DNA from: an uncultured Bacteroidaceae bacterium
Lineage (GTDB): Bacteria; Bacteroidota; Bacteroidia; Bacteroidales; SM23-62
Direction: 5' to 3'
Length of the DNA stretch: 64,000 bases
NCBI GenBank assembly: GCA_964406005.1
Contig: CAYOPZ010000014.1
Coordinates: 282 to 64,281 of the forward strand
Of this stretch, positions 8,965 to 19,217 are shown piece by piece. Under the pieces are notes generated by a model. That model worked only from the letters and a program-made list of their open reading frames with translations, did not search any database and was not told where the DNA came from. Every line of letters starts with the position of its first letter. Within the stretch, counting starts at the first letter, position 1. A program made the position numbers and the translations under genes.

Positions 8965-10425
8965 ATGCCTGTCAGAAAAAGTATAAAACGGAACCTGTAC
9001 CTGCACTTTATCATTCTATTCCTGCTGATAACGCTTCTTTCATGCGGAAGGAAGGAAGAAAGGCAGCCCATCGGAAAGGACGTGAACGACCTTCCCCAGA
9101 TTCGTGAAAAGGGTAAACTGGTTGCCATTACGGATTTTAATTCGACGGATTATTTCATCTACAGGGGGCAGGCCATGGGATATCAGTATGAAATGCTTCA
9201 GGATCTCGCCGCCCATCTTGACACAAGGCTTGAGATCGTAGCAAGCAATGATCTGGAAGAAGCCTTTGTCTGCCTGCTGACGGGAGATTGTGACCTGATC
9301 GCCTACAACCTGACAATTACGGGAGAGAGAAAGAAGATGCTTGCCTTTACGGTTCCGCACAGCCAGACACGGCAGGTTCTGGTACAGAGAAAGCCGGAGG
9401 GCTGGGAAAACATGAGCAGGGAAGAGCTGGAGGAAAATCTCATCCGGGACCCGCTTGAACTGGGAGGGAAGACTGTATTTGTTCAGGAGTATTCGTCCTA
9501 TCTTGAACGGATGCATAACCTGGAGGAAGAAATAGGTGACAGCATTGATATCATCGATGTGCCTGAAATGGCCGAGACACTTATCATGAAGGTTGCCAAC
9601 GGTGAGATTGATTATACGGTCTGTGATGAAAACGTGGCCCTTGTTAACCAGACTTATTATTCCGGCCTCGATGTGCAGACGCCCGTCAGTTTTAAACAAA
9701 ATCTTGCCTGGGCCGTAAATCCGGGTGCAGTTGAATTACTCAGTGAGATTGATAAGTGGCTAACGGAATATAAAAAAACGGCACGCTATTATGTAATCTA
9801 TGACAAGTACTTCAGGAACGAGCGCTCGGCCCGTATGGTAAAAAGCGATCTGTTTACCCTGAGCAGCGGAAAAATATCCGAGTATGATCAGTACATCAGA
9901 AAATACAGCCGGGAGATAGGATGGGACTGGAGGTTGCTCGCATCCCTGATCTACCAGGAATCCCGGTTCGATCCCAATGCCCGCTCGTGGGCCGGAGCTT
10001 TTGGCCTTATGCAGCTGATGCCCGTCACTGCAAGGGAATATGACGTTTCGCAAAATTCTTCCGTTGAGCAGCAGATCAGGGCCGGGACAGACTTTATCAA
10101 ATGGCTCGACGAAAGGTTTGAAGATTCCGTTAAGGATCCCATGGAAAGAACCAAATTCATTCTGGCCTCCTATAATATCGGACGGGGCCATATACTGGAT
10201 GCCATGACGCTGGCAGGAAAGAACGGTAAGGATCCGGGCATCTGGAAGGATAACGTAGATGAGTTCCTTTTAAGGGAATCGGACCCGGAGTATTACAATG
10301 ACCCGGATATAAATTACGGATATGCCAGGGGAACCGAAACCGTGAACTATGTGAACCAGATCCTGGAAAGGTACGAGCTGTACAAGAACATCATCGAGGA
10401 GGCGACGGATCTGTCTTCAGGATGA
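8965..10425 (+). CDS. mltF: Membrane-bound lytic murein transglycosylase F (SBP_bac_3 + SLT domains)
   Basis: N-terminal solute-binding-like domain (KLVAITDFNSTDYFIYRGQAMGYQYEML). C-terminal SLT catalytic motif LIYQESRFDPNARSWAGAFGLMQLMPVTA. Confidence 0.9.
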   Translation: MPVRKSIKRNLYLHFIILFLLITLLSCGRKEERQPIGKDVNDLPQIREKGKLVAITDFNSTDYFIYRGQAMGYQYEMLQDLAAHLDTRLEIVASNDLEEAFVCLLTGDCDLIAYNLTITGERKKMLAFTVPHSQTRQVLVQRKPEGWENMSREELEENLIRDPLELGGKTVFVQEYSSYLERMHNLEEEIGDSIDIIDVPEMAETLIMKVANGEIDYTVCDENVALVNQTYYSGLDVQTPVSFKQNLAWAVNPGAVELLSEIDKWLTEYKKTARYYVIYDKYFRNERSARMVKSDLFTLSSGKISEYDQYIRKYSREIGWDWRLLASLIYQESRFDPNARSWAGAFGLMQLMPVTAREYDVSQNSSVEQQIRAGTDFIKWLDERFEDSVKDPMERTKFILASYNIGRGHILDAMTLAGKNGKDPGIWKDNVDEFLLRESDPEYYNDPDINYGYARGTETVNYVNQILERYELYKNIIEEATDLSSG

Positions 10426-11041
10426 CTTCCAGGAACTCTGAAAGTATCATAGCGGTGGCGCCCCATATATCGTTCCCGCTTATCTCATAGCAGGGCACCT
10501 TTACAAGTTTGCACAGAATGGTCCTGATCCTTACCTGTCTGGTTTCAGGTCGCAGTAAGTCTGAAAGCGGCGTTTCTATCAGGTATTGGACCTCGGCAGG
10601 ATCCGGGTTGAATTGAGGGACTCCCGGGTAATACCCTACAAAAGGCAGTACCTCTATGCCGCTGACCGGGATTTCCAGGGGGCTGAGCCTGCCGAGTATC
10701 TCAATCCTGCTTTCGTCAATGCCAAGCTCCTCCTTTGTTTCACGCAGGGCCGTGTCACGGAGGTCCCTGTCTGCATTTTCAGACTTTCCTCCCGGGAAAC
10801 TTACCTGGTTGCTGTGCTCCCCGGGATATTCCGGTCTTTTCATCAGTACCGTCCAGATCCTGTTGTCCTTTTTATAGAGAAGGATCAGGATGGCCGCATT
10901 TTTATACCTGGCATGCTCATTTTCCCGGCGGGTCCCGGGCGCCATCCTGTATTGCGCTTCACGGCCCGGCAAATCTCCTTCAAGGCCAGACCGGAGCCGG
11001 GTCAGGAATCCGTCCATTTCAGAAGCGTTTTCAAGTCGCAT
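10391..11041 (-). CDS. NUDIX hydrolase, CoA pyrophosphatase type
   Basis: FPGGKSENADRDLRDTALRETKEELGI Nudix box preceded by a NuCoA-like stretch (ILILLYKK...VLMKRPEYPGEHSNQVSFPGG). Confidence 0.85.
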   Translation of the reverse strand: MRLENASEMDGFLTRLRSGLEGDLPGREAQYRMAPGTRRENEHARYKNAAILILLYKKDNRIWTVLMKRPEYPGEHSNQVSFPGGKSENADRDLRDTALRETKEELGIDESRIEILGRLSPLEIPVSGIEVLPFVGYYPGVPQFNPDPAEVQYLIETPLSDLLRPETRQVRIRTILCKLVKVPCYEISGNDIWGATAMILSEFLEVILKTDPSPPR

Positions 11042-11167
11042 ATCGTTTCTACAGACTTTACGAAAATAAGCATTCCCCGCGGATCTTCCCCCTCTTCTTG
11101 ACTGGCATCCTGTTTTTTCATAAATTATTGGTTTTGAGTTTTTCTTCCCAGCCTAAATCCAAGAATT

Positions 11168-11716
11168 ATGAAAATCATTGCAAGCCTTCTCATTGCATTA
11201 TGTTTCTGCCTGGGCGCGGGCGCCCAGGAGAGTGACTCCGTCATTCTGGATGCAGTCCGGAATCTTGAAAATGAAATCAGCTCGCTGAAAACGGGTCAGC
11301 GGAGGCTGAGCTCACAATTGGTTTCATCAAGCAGAGACCAGGCTGCAGCGCTTGAGGAGACAAACGCTGCGGTTACGGAGAACCGGCAGGCCATCGGGGA
11401 GACGGAAGCAAAGGTATCGGCGCTGGAACAGGTGGTGGAAAGGAATAAAGGCCAGGCAGATGAGGAAAGGGAAATCCTGGCCGGCTGGACAAGGCAGATG
11501 CTGATCATCCTGGCGGCCGTGTTTGTGGTTTTACTGGTGATCCTGCTTATCCTGATCATTATCAACAGGGGAAGGATAAAAAAGGATTACCTGAAGCTGG
11601 AAGCGAAAGTTGACAATACCAGGGATGCCCTTGAACTGGAAATCAAGAATGTAATGAAGAAGCACGAAGATGACATCGCTGCCCTGACCGCTTCCGGTAA
11701 AAAGCCGAAGCCCTAA
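11168..11716 (+). CDS. Hypothetical bitopic membrane protein with coiled-coil ectodomain
   Basis: Signal peptide MKIIASLLIALCFCLGAGAQE, heptad-like charged region, one TM (MLIILAAVFVVLLVILLILIII), charged tail. No family recognised. Confidence 0.65.
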   Translation: MKIIASLLIALCFCLGAGAQESDSVILDAVRNLENEISSLKTGQRRLSSQLVSSSRDQAAALEETNAAVTENRQAIGETEAKVSALEQVVERNKGQADEEREILAGWTRQMLIILAAVFVVLLVILLILIIINRGRIKKDYLKLEAKVDNTRDALELEIKNVMKKHEDDIAALTASGKKPKP

Positions 11717-12957
11717 TCGAAACGGATGGCTTTCACAGGGCTGATCCTTGAAATGATCATGGAGGGTATGAGGAGCATAAGCAGGATCACGAAGGCCGTT
11801 CCCAGGTTCAGCAAGAGCATGTGAAATACGTTCAGGTTTATCGGGACCGTTGAGAGATAATACGATGACTGATCGAGCTCGATGATGCCGGAATATTTCT
11901 GAACGAGGCAAATCCCCGTGCCTATGATATTTCCCCATATCAGTCCTATCAGGATCAGGAAGCCGGACTGGTACATGAATACTTTCCGGATGTTTACATT
12001 GGTGCTGCCGAGGGCCTTGAGAATGCCGATCATATTGGTACGGTCGAGGATGAGTATCAGCAGGCCGGACACCATGTTGAACCCTGCCACGACAAGCATC
12101 AGGATCAGGATGATCAGGACATTCACATCCTGCAGGTTAAGCCAGTCAAAGATCTGGGGATATTTTTCCCGGACATTCACTACCTTGAGCCGTGTACCGT
12201 TTTCCCCGAAACCGTAACCCACATAATTCATCACGTTCAGCGTCTGATTTTCAAGATCACTGAAGTCCGAAATATTTACTTCAAATCCGCTGATCTGGTC
12301 CGGGCGCCAGTCATTCAGCCGCTGTATGTGCCTTATGTCGCCGAATACGAATACCCTGTCAAATTCTTCCAGGCCGGTTTCATAAATACCTGCCACCCTG
12401 AACCTCCTCATGCGCGGAGGATCCTGTATAAAGTACATCAGGAATTCATCGTTGAGTTTCATCTTCAGAAGCAAAGCAATATAGTGTGAAATAAGTACCT
12501 CGTCGGAACGTACGGAATCGTTGAATGAGATGATATTCCCTTCCTTCATGTAGTCCGTCAGGAAACTCCAGTCGTATTCGGGTCCCACGCCCTTCAGTAC
12601 GACTCCCTGAATTTCCTCCCTGGTCTTTATGATCCCCGCTTTGGTGGCAAACATCTGCACATTCCGGATCGCAGGATCATTCCGGAGCCGGTCCAGAAAC
12701 TCCTGTTCACTGTCAATGGGCTGCGTTTCATAGGATATGTTCGAATCAAAATTGAGGATCTGTATATGGGCTGCAAAGCCCACCACTTTTCGCGTGATCT
12801 CATTCTTGAATCCGGTGACAACCGAGACTGCCACGATCATTACAGCCAGCCCGAGCGATATGCCGAAAATAGCCACATCCAGAATGGAACGGGAAATGCT
12901 CTTTTTCCTGTCCCTGTTGAAAATGAGCTTTCTGGCTATAAAGAATTCCAGATTCAA
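11713..12957 (-). CDS. FtsX-family ABC permease, LolC/LolE-like lipoprotein-release permease
   Basis: MNLEFFIARKL...SISRSILDVAIFGISLGLAVMIVAVSVVTGF N-terminus, periplasmic domain, C-terminal FtsX 3-TM block (IGILKALGSTNVNIRKVF). Confidence 0.85.
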   Translation of the reverse strand: MNLEFFIARKLIFNRDRKKSISRSILDVAIFGISLGLAVMIVAVSVVTGFKNEITRKVVGFAAHIQILNFDSNISYETQPIDSEQEFLDRLRNDPAIRNVQMFATKAGIIKTREEIQGVVLKGVGPEYDWSFLTDYMKEGNIISFNDSVRSDEVLISHYIALLLKMKLNDEFLMYFIQDPPRMRRFRVAGIYETGLEEFDRVFVFGDIRHIQRLNDWRPDQISGFEVNISDFSDLENQTLNVMNYVGYGFGENGTRLKVVNVREKYPQIFDWLNLQDVNVLIILILMLVVAGFNMVSGLLILILDRTNMIGILKALGSTNVNIRKVFMYQSGFLILIGLIWGNIIGTGICLVQKYSGIIELDQSSYYLSTVPINLNVFHMLLLNLGTAFVILLMLLIPSMIISRISPVKAIRFD

Positions 12958-13037
12958 GGAAAATGATTTACTTTACCGGCTAAAGTTAATCATTTTTAAA
13001 CCTCCTGTCCACGGATCGCGCCGAATGCCACCACCAC

Positions 13038-14216
13038 GTGAATAAAGGTTTATGCATACTTTTACTCATTCTGGCCTGTGCAGGCTGTAATGTGCAGGAG
13101 GATATCATTCCGGCGGCGGAACGGACGGATGCTTACCTTCCCCTGCTCCGGGGGAAATCGATAGGCATCGTAGCGAATCCCTCCTCCGTGATCGCCGGGA
13201 CGCACCTTGTTGACAGCCTGATGTCCTTGGGCACCGGCCTGTTCAGGATAGGGAAGGTATTCGGGCCGGAGCACGGATTCAGGGGAGAAGCTCAATACGG
13301 GGAAGCGGTCAGGGATGGCGTGGATACGACAACCGGCCTGCCCGTTCTGTCCCTTTACGGTGAGAACATAAAACCTTCCGCCGAAGCGCTTGAAGACCTG
13401 GATGCCATCCTTTTCGATATTCAGGATGTAGGGGTAAGGTTCTATACCTATATATCGACGTTGTATTACGTGATGCAGGCATGTGCGGAAAGCGGCAGGC
13501 AACTGATCCTGCTCGACCGGCCGGATCCCAATGGTTTTTATATAGACGGGCCCGTTCTTGATTCCGCTTTCCGTTCCTTTGCCGGCCTGCATGAAGTGCC
13601 CGTCGTTTACGGTATGACCATAGGCGAATATGCCATGATGATCAACGGGGAAGGCTGGCTCGGGAAGGGGTTGGAATGCAGGCTGACCGTGATCCCCTGC
13701 CTGAACTATGACCACAATTCACTGTATCGCCTGCCCGTGAAACCTTCTCCCAACCTGCCCAACATGAATTCCGTTTACCTTTATCCATCTCTCTGTTTTT
13801 TCGAGGGAACGGTAATAAGCGAAGGCCGTGGTACCGATTTCCCGTTCGAAGTGTTCGGGCACCCGGACCTTGCAAATACGGATTTTTCTTTTGTTCCGGA
13901 AAGCAGGCCGGGCGCTGCGATGTACCCGAAGCTGCAGGGAGAAACCTGCCGGGGCATGGATCTTCGTGTCTACAGGGACAGGGATCCGTCCGGGAAGAAA
14001 TTCAGCCTCTCCTGGCTTCTGTTTGCCTACCGTAATTTCCCGGATAAGGAAAATTTTTTCATTCCCTATTTTGACAGGCTCGCCGGAACGGACCGGCTCA
14101 GGGAACAGATCATTGCAGGTTGGGAGGATGAAAAGATACGTGAGTCATGGAAGCCGGGCCTGGAAGCATTCAAGGCAATGCGTAAGAAATACCTTATCTA
14201 TCCGGATTTTGACTGA
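13038..14216 (+). CDS. DUF1343 family protein (NamZ-like exo-beta-N-acetylmuramidase)
   Basis: GTG start. Lipoprotein-like LLILACAGC. Motifs GIVANPSSV and VFGPEHGFRGE are typical of DUF1343. Confidence 0.8.
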   Translation: MNKGLCILLLILACAGCNVQEDIIPAAERTDAYLPLLRGKSIGIVANPSSVIAGTHLVDSLMSLGTGLFRIGKVFGPEHGFRGEAQYGEAVRDGVDTTTGLPVLSLYGENIKPSAEALEDLDAILFDIQDVGVRFYTYISTLYYVMQACAESGRQLILLDRPDPNGFYIDGPVLDSAFRSFAGLHEVPVVYGMTIGEYAMMINGEGWLGKGLECRLTVIPCLNYDHNSLYRLPVKPSPNLPNMNSVYLYPSLCFFEGTVISEGRGTDFPFEVFGHPDLANTDFSFVPESRPGAAMYPKLQGETCRGMDLRVYRDRDPSGKKFSLSWLLFAYRNFPDKENFFIPYFDRLAGTDRLREQIIAGWEDEKIRESWKPGLEAFKAMRKKYLIYPDFD

Positions 14217-14219
14217 TGC

Positions 14220-15419
14220 TCAGCGGATTGTCCCGGGATATGCCCTGAGTCCCTTTTCAAGACATATCATTGCCTTCTCAAGATCCGGCCTTTTAAGCAC
14301 ATAGGCTATCCTGACCTGCTGTCTTCCCGGTCCGGGCCTTGAATAAAAACCCGAGGCGGGCGCCAGCATTACAGTCTGGTTCTCCCAGTCGAAGTCGCTC
14401 AGCAACCACCGGGCGAAGTTATCGGCATCGTCAACAGGCAATTGTGCAATGGCATAAAAAGCGCCCATGGGCATGGGGCATATCACACCTTCCATCCCGT
14501 TCAGGGTTTCCACGATGTAGTTCCTTCTCTCGGTATATTCATTCTGCACTTCCATGTAATATGTTTCCGGAGTGTCGAGGGCGGCTTCCCCCAGGATCTG
14601 CCCCAGGAAAGGCGGGGACAGGCGAGCCTGTGCAAATTTCAGGGCCGTAGCCGTGATTTCCCTGTTTTTGGTGACCAGGGCCCCGATCCTGGCCCCGCAG
14701 GCGGAATATCGTTTGGAAATTGAATCGAGAAGGATCACATTCTGACCGGCATCCTTTATAAGCATGGAAGAGAAATGGGATTCACCGTCGTAGCATAAAT
14801 CCCTGTATGCCTCATCAGAGTAAAGGTACAGATCATGTTTAAGAATTATTTCCCCGATCTTTTCAAGTTCCTGCCTTGAATAGAGGTAACCGGTAGGGTT
14901 GTTGGGATTACATATCATGATCCCTTTTGTTTTCCGACCGATCCGTTTTTCAAATTCTTCTGCGGGAGGCAGGGCAAATCCACTGCCGATGTCTGAGACA
15001 ATGGGGTTCACGGTGACACCTGAAGCGACAAGGAACCCATTGTAATTGGCATAATAGGGTTCGGGTACGATGACCTCGTCTCCCGGGTCGAGCGTAGACA
15101 TCAAGGCAAACAGGATGGCCTCCGATCCCCCGGTGGTAACAAGGATTTCTGTATGATCGACCAGGATACCGATCTTCCTGTAATAATCACAAAGCTTTTT
15201 CCTGTAGCTTTCATTCCCGGCGGAATGCCCGTAAGAAATAACGCTGCTTTTTAAGTTTTTAACGGCATCGATCGCGATCTCCGGGGTTTTGATATCGGGC
15301 TGTCCGATATTCAGATGATATACATGACGCCCCTGTTTTTTTGCCTGTTCGGCATAGGGGGCCAGTTTTCTTATGGGCGACTCGGGCATGATGCCGCCTC
15401 TTCTGGAGATTACCGGCAT
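14220..15419 (-). CDS. Class I/II PLP-dependent aminotransferase (aspartate aminotransferase-like)
   Basis: MPVISRRGGIMPESPIRKL...HLNIGQPD...NPNNPTG...SISKRYSACGARIG (PLP lysine). The ORF track starts at 15467, but that start overlaps the upstream gene. ATG 15419 (or 15389) fits better. Confidence 0.9.
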   Translation of the reverse strand: MPVISRRGGIMPESPIRKLAPYAEQAKKQGRHVYHLNIGQPDIKTPEIAIDAVKNLKSSVISYGHSAGNESYRKKLCDYYRKIGILVDHTEILVTTGGSEAILFALMSTLDPGDEVIVPEPYYANYNGFLVASGVTVNPIVSDIGSGFALPPAEEFEKRIGRKTKGIMICNPNNPTGYLYSRQELEKIGEIILKHDLYLYSDEAYRDLCYDGESHFSSMLIKDAGQNVILLDSISKRYSACGARIGALVTKNREITATALKFAQARLSPPFLGQILGEAALDTPETYYMEVQNEYTERRNYIVETLNGMEGVICPMPMGAFYAIAQLPVDDADNFARWLLSDFDWENQTVMLAPASGFYSRPGPGRQQVRIAYVLKRPDLEKAMICLEKGLRAYPGTIR

Positions 15420-15429
15420 GGCCTGATGT

Positions 15430-15849
15430 TTATTGGGTTTCAGGATCCTCTGCGCCCTCGACCTCACCCCGTATATAAAGGCGCTGCGTACCGTTCAGCG
15501 CATTGGAATAAACATAGATGGATTTGCTGAACCTGCCTATCCTGTGCGTATCGTAGCTTACCTCTATCTTTCCTGTATCGGAAGGATTTACCGGTTCCTT
15601 TGACCAGGCGGGTATGGTGCAGCCGCAGGTTGACTTAACATGCGTCAGCAACAGGGGTTCGGTGCCTGTATTGACAAATACAAATTCACAATCCCCGTCA
15701 CCGCTGAAAGGGATCACCCCAAAATCGACAAGGGTATCATAAAAGGAAATCCCTGCGTTTTCATCCGCCCTTTTCGCCTGCCCGCTTTTGCATGAACCCA
15801 GCAGGGCCGGAGTCAGAACAATGATCGCGATCGACAGAAATTGCTTCAT
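15430..15849 (-). CDS. DUF1573 domain protein (secreted)
   Basis: Signal peptide/lipobox LLGSCKS, then the diagnostic THVKSTCGCTIPAWSKEP...G.IEVSYDT pattern. Confidence 0.85.
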   Translation of the reverse strand: MKQFLSIAIIVLTPALLGSCKSGQAKRADENAGISFYDTLVDFGVIPFSGDGDCEFVFVNTGTEPLLLTHVKSTCGCTIPAWSKEPVNPSDTGKIEVSYDTHRIGRFSKSIYVYSNALNGTQRLYIRGEVEGAEDPETQ

Positions 15850-15951
15850 GTTCCATTCATTTTGACGTGTAAAGTTAGAAATTTAAGGATAAATGGACCG
15901 GGAGCCGAATGATTTAATACAATTATTACTTAATTTTACGGGAATTCTACC

Positions 15952-18585
15952 GTGGACATTCCTTCCAAATACGACCCCTCAAAAACCGAACAACGATGGT
16001 ATGATTACTGGATGGAACATGGCTTTTTCCGTTCCCGGCCCGATGAAAGGGAACCCTATACCATCGTGATCCCCCCGCCCAATGTAACAGGCGTACTTCA
16101 TATGGGACATATGCTGAACAATACAATCCAGGATGTATTGATCAGGAAGAACCGCATGGACGGAAAAAATGCCTTATGGGTTCCCGGGACCGACCATGCC
16201 TCCATTGCAACGGAGGCCAGGGTCGTGGCCAGCCTGGGGGAGAAGGGGATACGGAAATCTGATCTTACGCGCGACGAGTTCCTGGCCCATGCATGGGAAT
16301 GGAAAGAAAGGCATGGAGGGATCATTCTCGAGCAGTTGAAAAAACTGGGGGCCTCATGCGACTGGGAAAGGACCCGGTTCACCATGGACGAAGCCTACTA
16401 TGAAAGTGTGATGGATGTGTTTATTGACCTGTTCCGGAAAGGACTTATTTACCGGGGCAAGAGAATGGTCAACTGGGACCCCGGGGCCAGGACCGCGGTA
16501 TCGGACGAAGAGGTGGTATACCGGGAAGAAAGATCAAAACTGTATTATGTAAGATACGAAGTGGAAGGGAACATCGACGGCATTGTGATCGCTACGACAC
16601 GTCCGGAGACCATCCTGGGTGACACGGCAGTGGCAGTGAACCCGGGAGATCCGAGATACAGGCCCTACCACGGCAAAACCGCCGTCATACCCCTGGTGAA
16701 CAGAAAGGTGCCCGTGATCACGGACGAATACGTCGACGCTGAATTCGGTACAGGGGCCCTTAAGATCACTCCTGCACATGATGAGAATGATTACGAGATC
16801 GGGATGCGCCATGACCTCGAGAGCATAGACATACTTAATGACGACGGAACCCTGAACGAAGCTGCCGGATTTTTCACAGGAAAGGACCGTTTCGAAGCCC
16901 GTGAGCTTGTGGTCGGGGAATTGAAGAAGCAGGGCTGTCTCCTGAAAACCGAAGACTACCTGAACAAGGTAGGGTTCTCCGAAAGGACAAATGCGGTGAT
17001 CGAGCCCAGGTTATCGATTCAATGGTTCCTGAAAATGAAGGAGATCTCCGGACCTGCGCTTAAAAGTGTCCTGGACGGTACAGTGAAATTGCATCCGCCG
17101 AAATTCAGGAACATATACAGGCACTGGATGGAAAACATCAAAGACTGGTGCATCTCAAGACAGCTCTGGTGGGGGCACCGGATCCCGGCATATTACATCG
17201 GGAATACCAGCCAGTATGTTGTGGCGAAAACTCCCGGGGAAGCACTGGACCTGGCCCGTGAAAAAACCGGGAAAAGCGACCTGTCCGCAAAGGACATCAG
17301 GCAGGACGAGGATGTCCTGGATACATGGTTTTCTTCGTGGCTCTGGCCCATTGTACTTTTCGACGGCATTCGTGATCCCGGAAACACGGAGTATAAGTAT
17401 TACTACCCGACAAGCGACCTGATCACGGCCCCGGATATACTCTTTTTCTGGGTGGCGCGTATGATCATTGCGGGATACCGGTATCCGGGCAGGGAACCTT
17501 TCAGCAATGTATACCTGACGGGGATGGTCAGAGACAGCAAGCGCCGTAAAATGTCCAAATCCCTTGGCAATTCCCCCGAACCTCTCGAGCTGATCCGGAA
17601 ATATTCTGCAGACGGTGTCAGGGTGGGCATGCTCCTGTGTTCCCCGGCCGGGGGAGATCTGCTCTATGATGACAGCCTGCCCGAGCAGGGCAGGAACTTC
17701 GGCAACAAGATATGGAATGCCTTCCGGTTGATCAGGCAGTGGGAAGTCGATCCCGGAGGATCGCCTTCCCGGGCCGCAGCCGATGCCAATGAATGGTTTC
17801 GCGAAAAGCTTAATAAATCGATAAGGCAGCTTGACGGGCAATATAAAAAGTACAGGATATCGGATGCGCTTATGACCCTTTACCGGCTTTTCTGGGATGA
17901 ATTCTCGGCCTGGTACCTGGAAGCCGTAAAACCTGATTTCGGCAAGCCCGTTGCGGAAGTTACCCATATAGCGACCATTGGATACCTCGACGCCCTGCTT
18001 CGCATGCTCCATCCTTTCATGCCTTTTATCACGGAAGAGATCTGGCAGTTGATCGCCGAAAGGGAAAAAGGTGAAAGCATCATGGTCTCAAAGATGCCCG
18101 TAGCCGGTCCGTTCGACAACGATTTGCTGGAACATTTTGAGGAGACCAAGGAAATCATTGCTGCTGTCAGGAATGTCCGCAAGGAGAAAAGCCTGCCGGC
18201 GAAAAAGAGCCTCAGGCTCCTGGTAAGGGACCCGAATCATTCTTACAACAGGAGATTCGAAAGCATACTGTTGAAGCTCGGAAATGTTGAAGAGATCGTT
18301 GAAACCCGGGAAAAAACCGAAGGGGCTGTATCTTTCAGGGTAAAGTCCGTGGAATTCTATGTTCCCCTCGAGGGAAGTATAGATATGGCCGCTGAATTGA
18401 CGAATCTGAAAAATGAACTGGCCTATACGAAGGGATTCCTGAAGTCCGTGATGGTCAAGTTGAATGACGCAGGATTTGTCAGGAATGCTCCTGAAAGGAT
18501 CGTTGAAAAGGAAAGGAAAAAACAGGAAGATGCGGAAAGGAAGATCGAAGTGCTGGAACAGCGCATCAGGGATCTAGGGAGCTAA
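15952..18585 (+). CDS. valS: Valine--tRNA ligase
   Basis: GTG start. PPPNVTGVLHMGH (HIGH), KMSKSLGN, C-terminal coiled coil. 877 aa. Confidence 0.97.
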   Translation: MDIPSKYDPSKTEQRWYDYWMEHGFFRSRPDEREPYTIVIPPPNVTGVLHMGHMLNNTIQDVLIRKNRMDGKNALWVPGTDHASIATEARVVASLGEKGIRKSDLTRDEFLAHAWEWKERHGGIILEQLKKLGASCDWERTRFTMDEAYYESVMDVFIDLFRKGLIYRGKRMVNWDPGARTAVSDEEVVYREERSKLYYVRYEVEGNIDGIVIATTRPETILGDTAVAVNPGDPRYRPYHGKTAVIPLVNRKVPVITDEYVDAEFGTGALKITPAHDENDYEIGMRHDLESIDILNDDGTLNEAAGFFTGKDRFEARELVVGELKKQGCLLKTEDYLNKVGFSERTNAVIEPRLSIQWFLKMKEISGPALKSVLDGTVKLHPPKFRNIYRHWMENIKDWCISRQLWWGHRIPAYYIGNTSQYVVAKTPGEALDLAREKTGKSDLSAKDIRQDEDVLDTWFSSWLWPIVLFDGIRDPGNTEYKYYYPTSDLITAPDILFFWVARMIIAGYRYPGREPFSNVYLTGMVRDSKRRKMSKSLGNSPEPLELIRKYSADGVRVGMLLCSPAGGDLLYDDSLPEQGRNFGNKIWNAFRLIRQWEVDPGGSPSRAAADANEWFREKLNKSIRQLDGQYKKYRISDALMTLYRLFWDEFSAWYLEAVKPDFGKPVAEVTHIATIGYLDALLRMLHPFMPFITEEIWQLIAEREKGESIMVSKMPVAGPFDNDLLEHFEETKEIIAAVRNVRKEKSLPAKKSLRLLVRDPNHSYNRRFESILLKLGNVEEIVETREKTEGAVSFRVKSVEFYVPLEGSIDMAAELTNLKNELAYTKGFLKSVMVKLNDAGFVRNAPERIVEKERKKQEDAERKIEVLEQRIRDLGS

Positions 18586-19158
18586 CGTCCTGCGGTTCCA
18601 GCGTTCCCCGTCCTTTTCGAATCCGATGCGGTTATGCAACCTGTCATCCCCCTTTTTCCAGAATTCAAAATGGTCGGGGACAAGCCTGTACCCGCCCCAG
18701 TAATGCGGACGGGGAACCTTTTTTCCTTCGTACTTTTTTTTGAGCCGTTCCATTTCCTGCTCAAGGTATGTCCTGGAAGGTATTTCGCTGCTCTGGTCCG
18801 AAACCCATGCGCCCAGCTGGCTTCCCCTGGGACGGGTACTGAAGTACAGGTCGGAATCATGATCGGTGATTTTTTCAATATTGCCTTCAATCCTGACCTG
18901 GTAGCCGAGTTGTTCCCAGTAAACCACCACGGAGGCAGCTTTATTGCCGTTGATATCACATGATTTTCGGCTTCTGAAATTGGTATAAAACGTGATGCCT
19001 TTCCGGTCAAACTCCTTGAACAGCACGATCCGTGCGGATGGCCTGCCGTCCCGCCCCACTGTAGCCAGGGTCATTGTTCCCGGTTCCTTGATACCGGCCT
19101 CGAGAGCCTGTTTATGCCAGGCCTGAAAAAGCAGCACGGGATCCTTTTCTGTATTCAT
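18574..19158 (-). CDS. pdxH: Pyridoxamine 5'-phosphate oxidase
   Basis: C-terminal HYWGGYRLVPDHFEFWKKGDDRLHNRIGF...WNRRTLAP matches the PdxH signature. Its 3' end overlaps valS by 12 nt. Confidence 0.93.
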   Translation of the reverse strand: MNTEKDPVLLFQAWHKQALEAGIKEPGTMTLATVGRDGRPSARIVLFKEFDRKGITFYTNFRSRKSCDINGNKAASVVVYWEQLGYQVRIEGNIEKITDHDSDLYFSTRPRGSQLGAWVSDQSSEIPSRTYLEQEMERLKKKYEGKKVPRPHYWGGYRLVPDHFEFWKKGDDRLHNRIGFEKDGERWNRRTLAP

Positions 19159-19217
19159 TTTGTTACAGGTGAGAAATTATGTGCAGCGAAGTTAAAAAAA
19201 ATTGCCATTGAAAGAGG

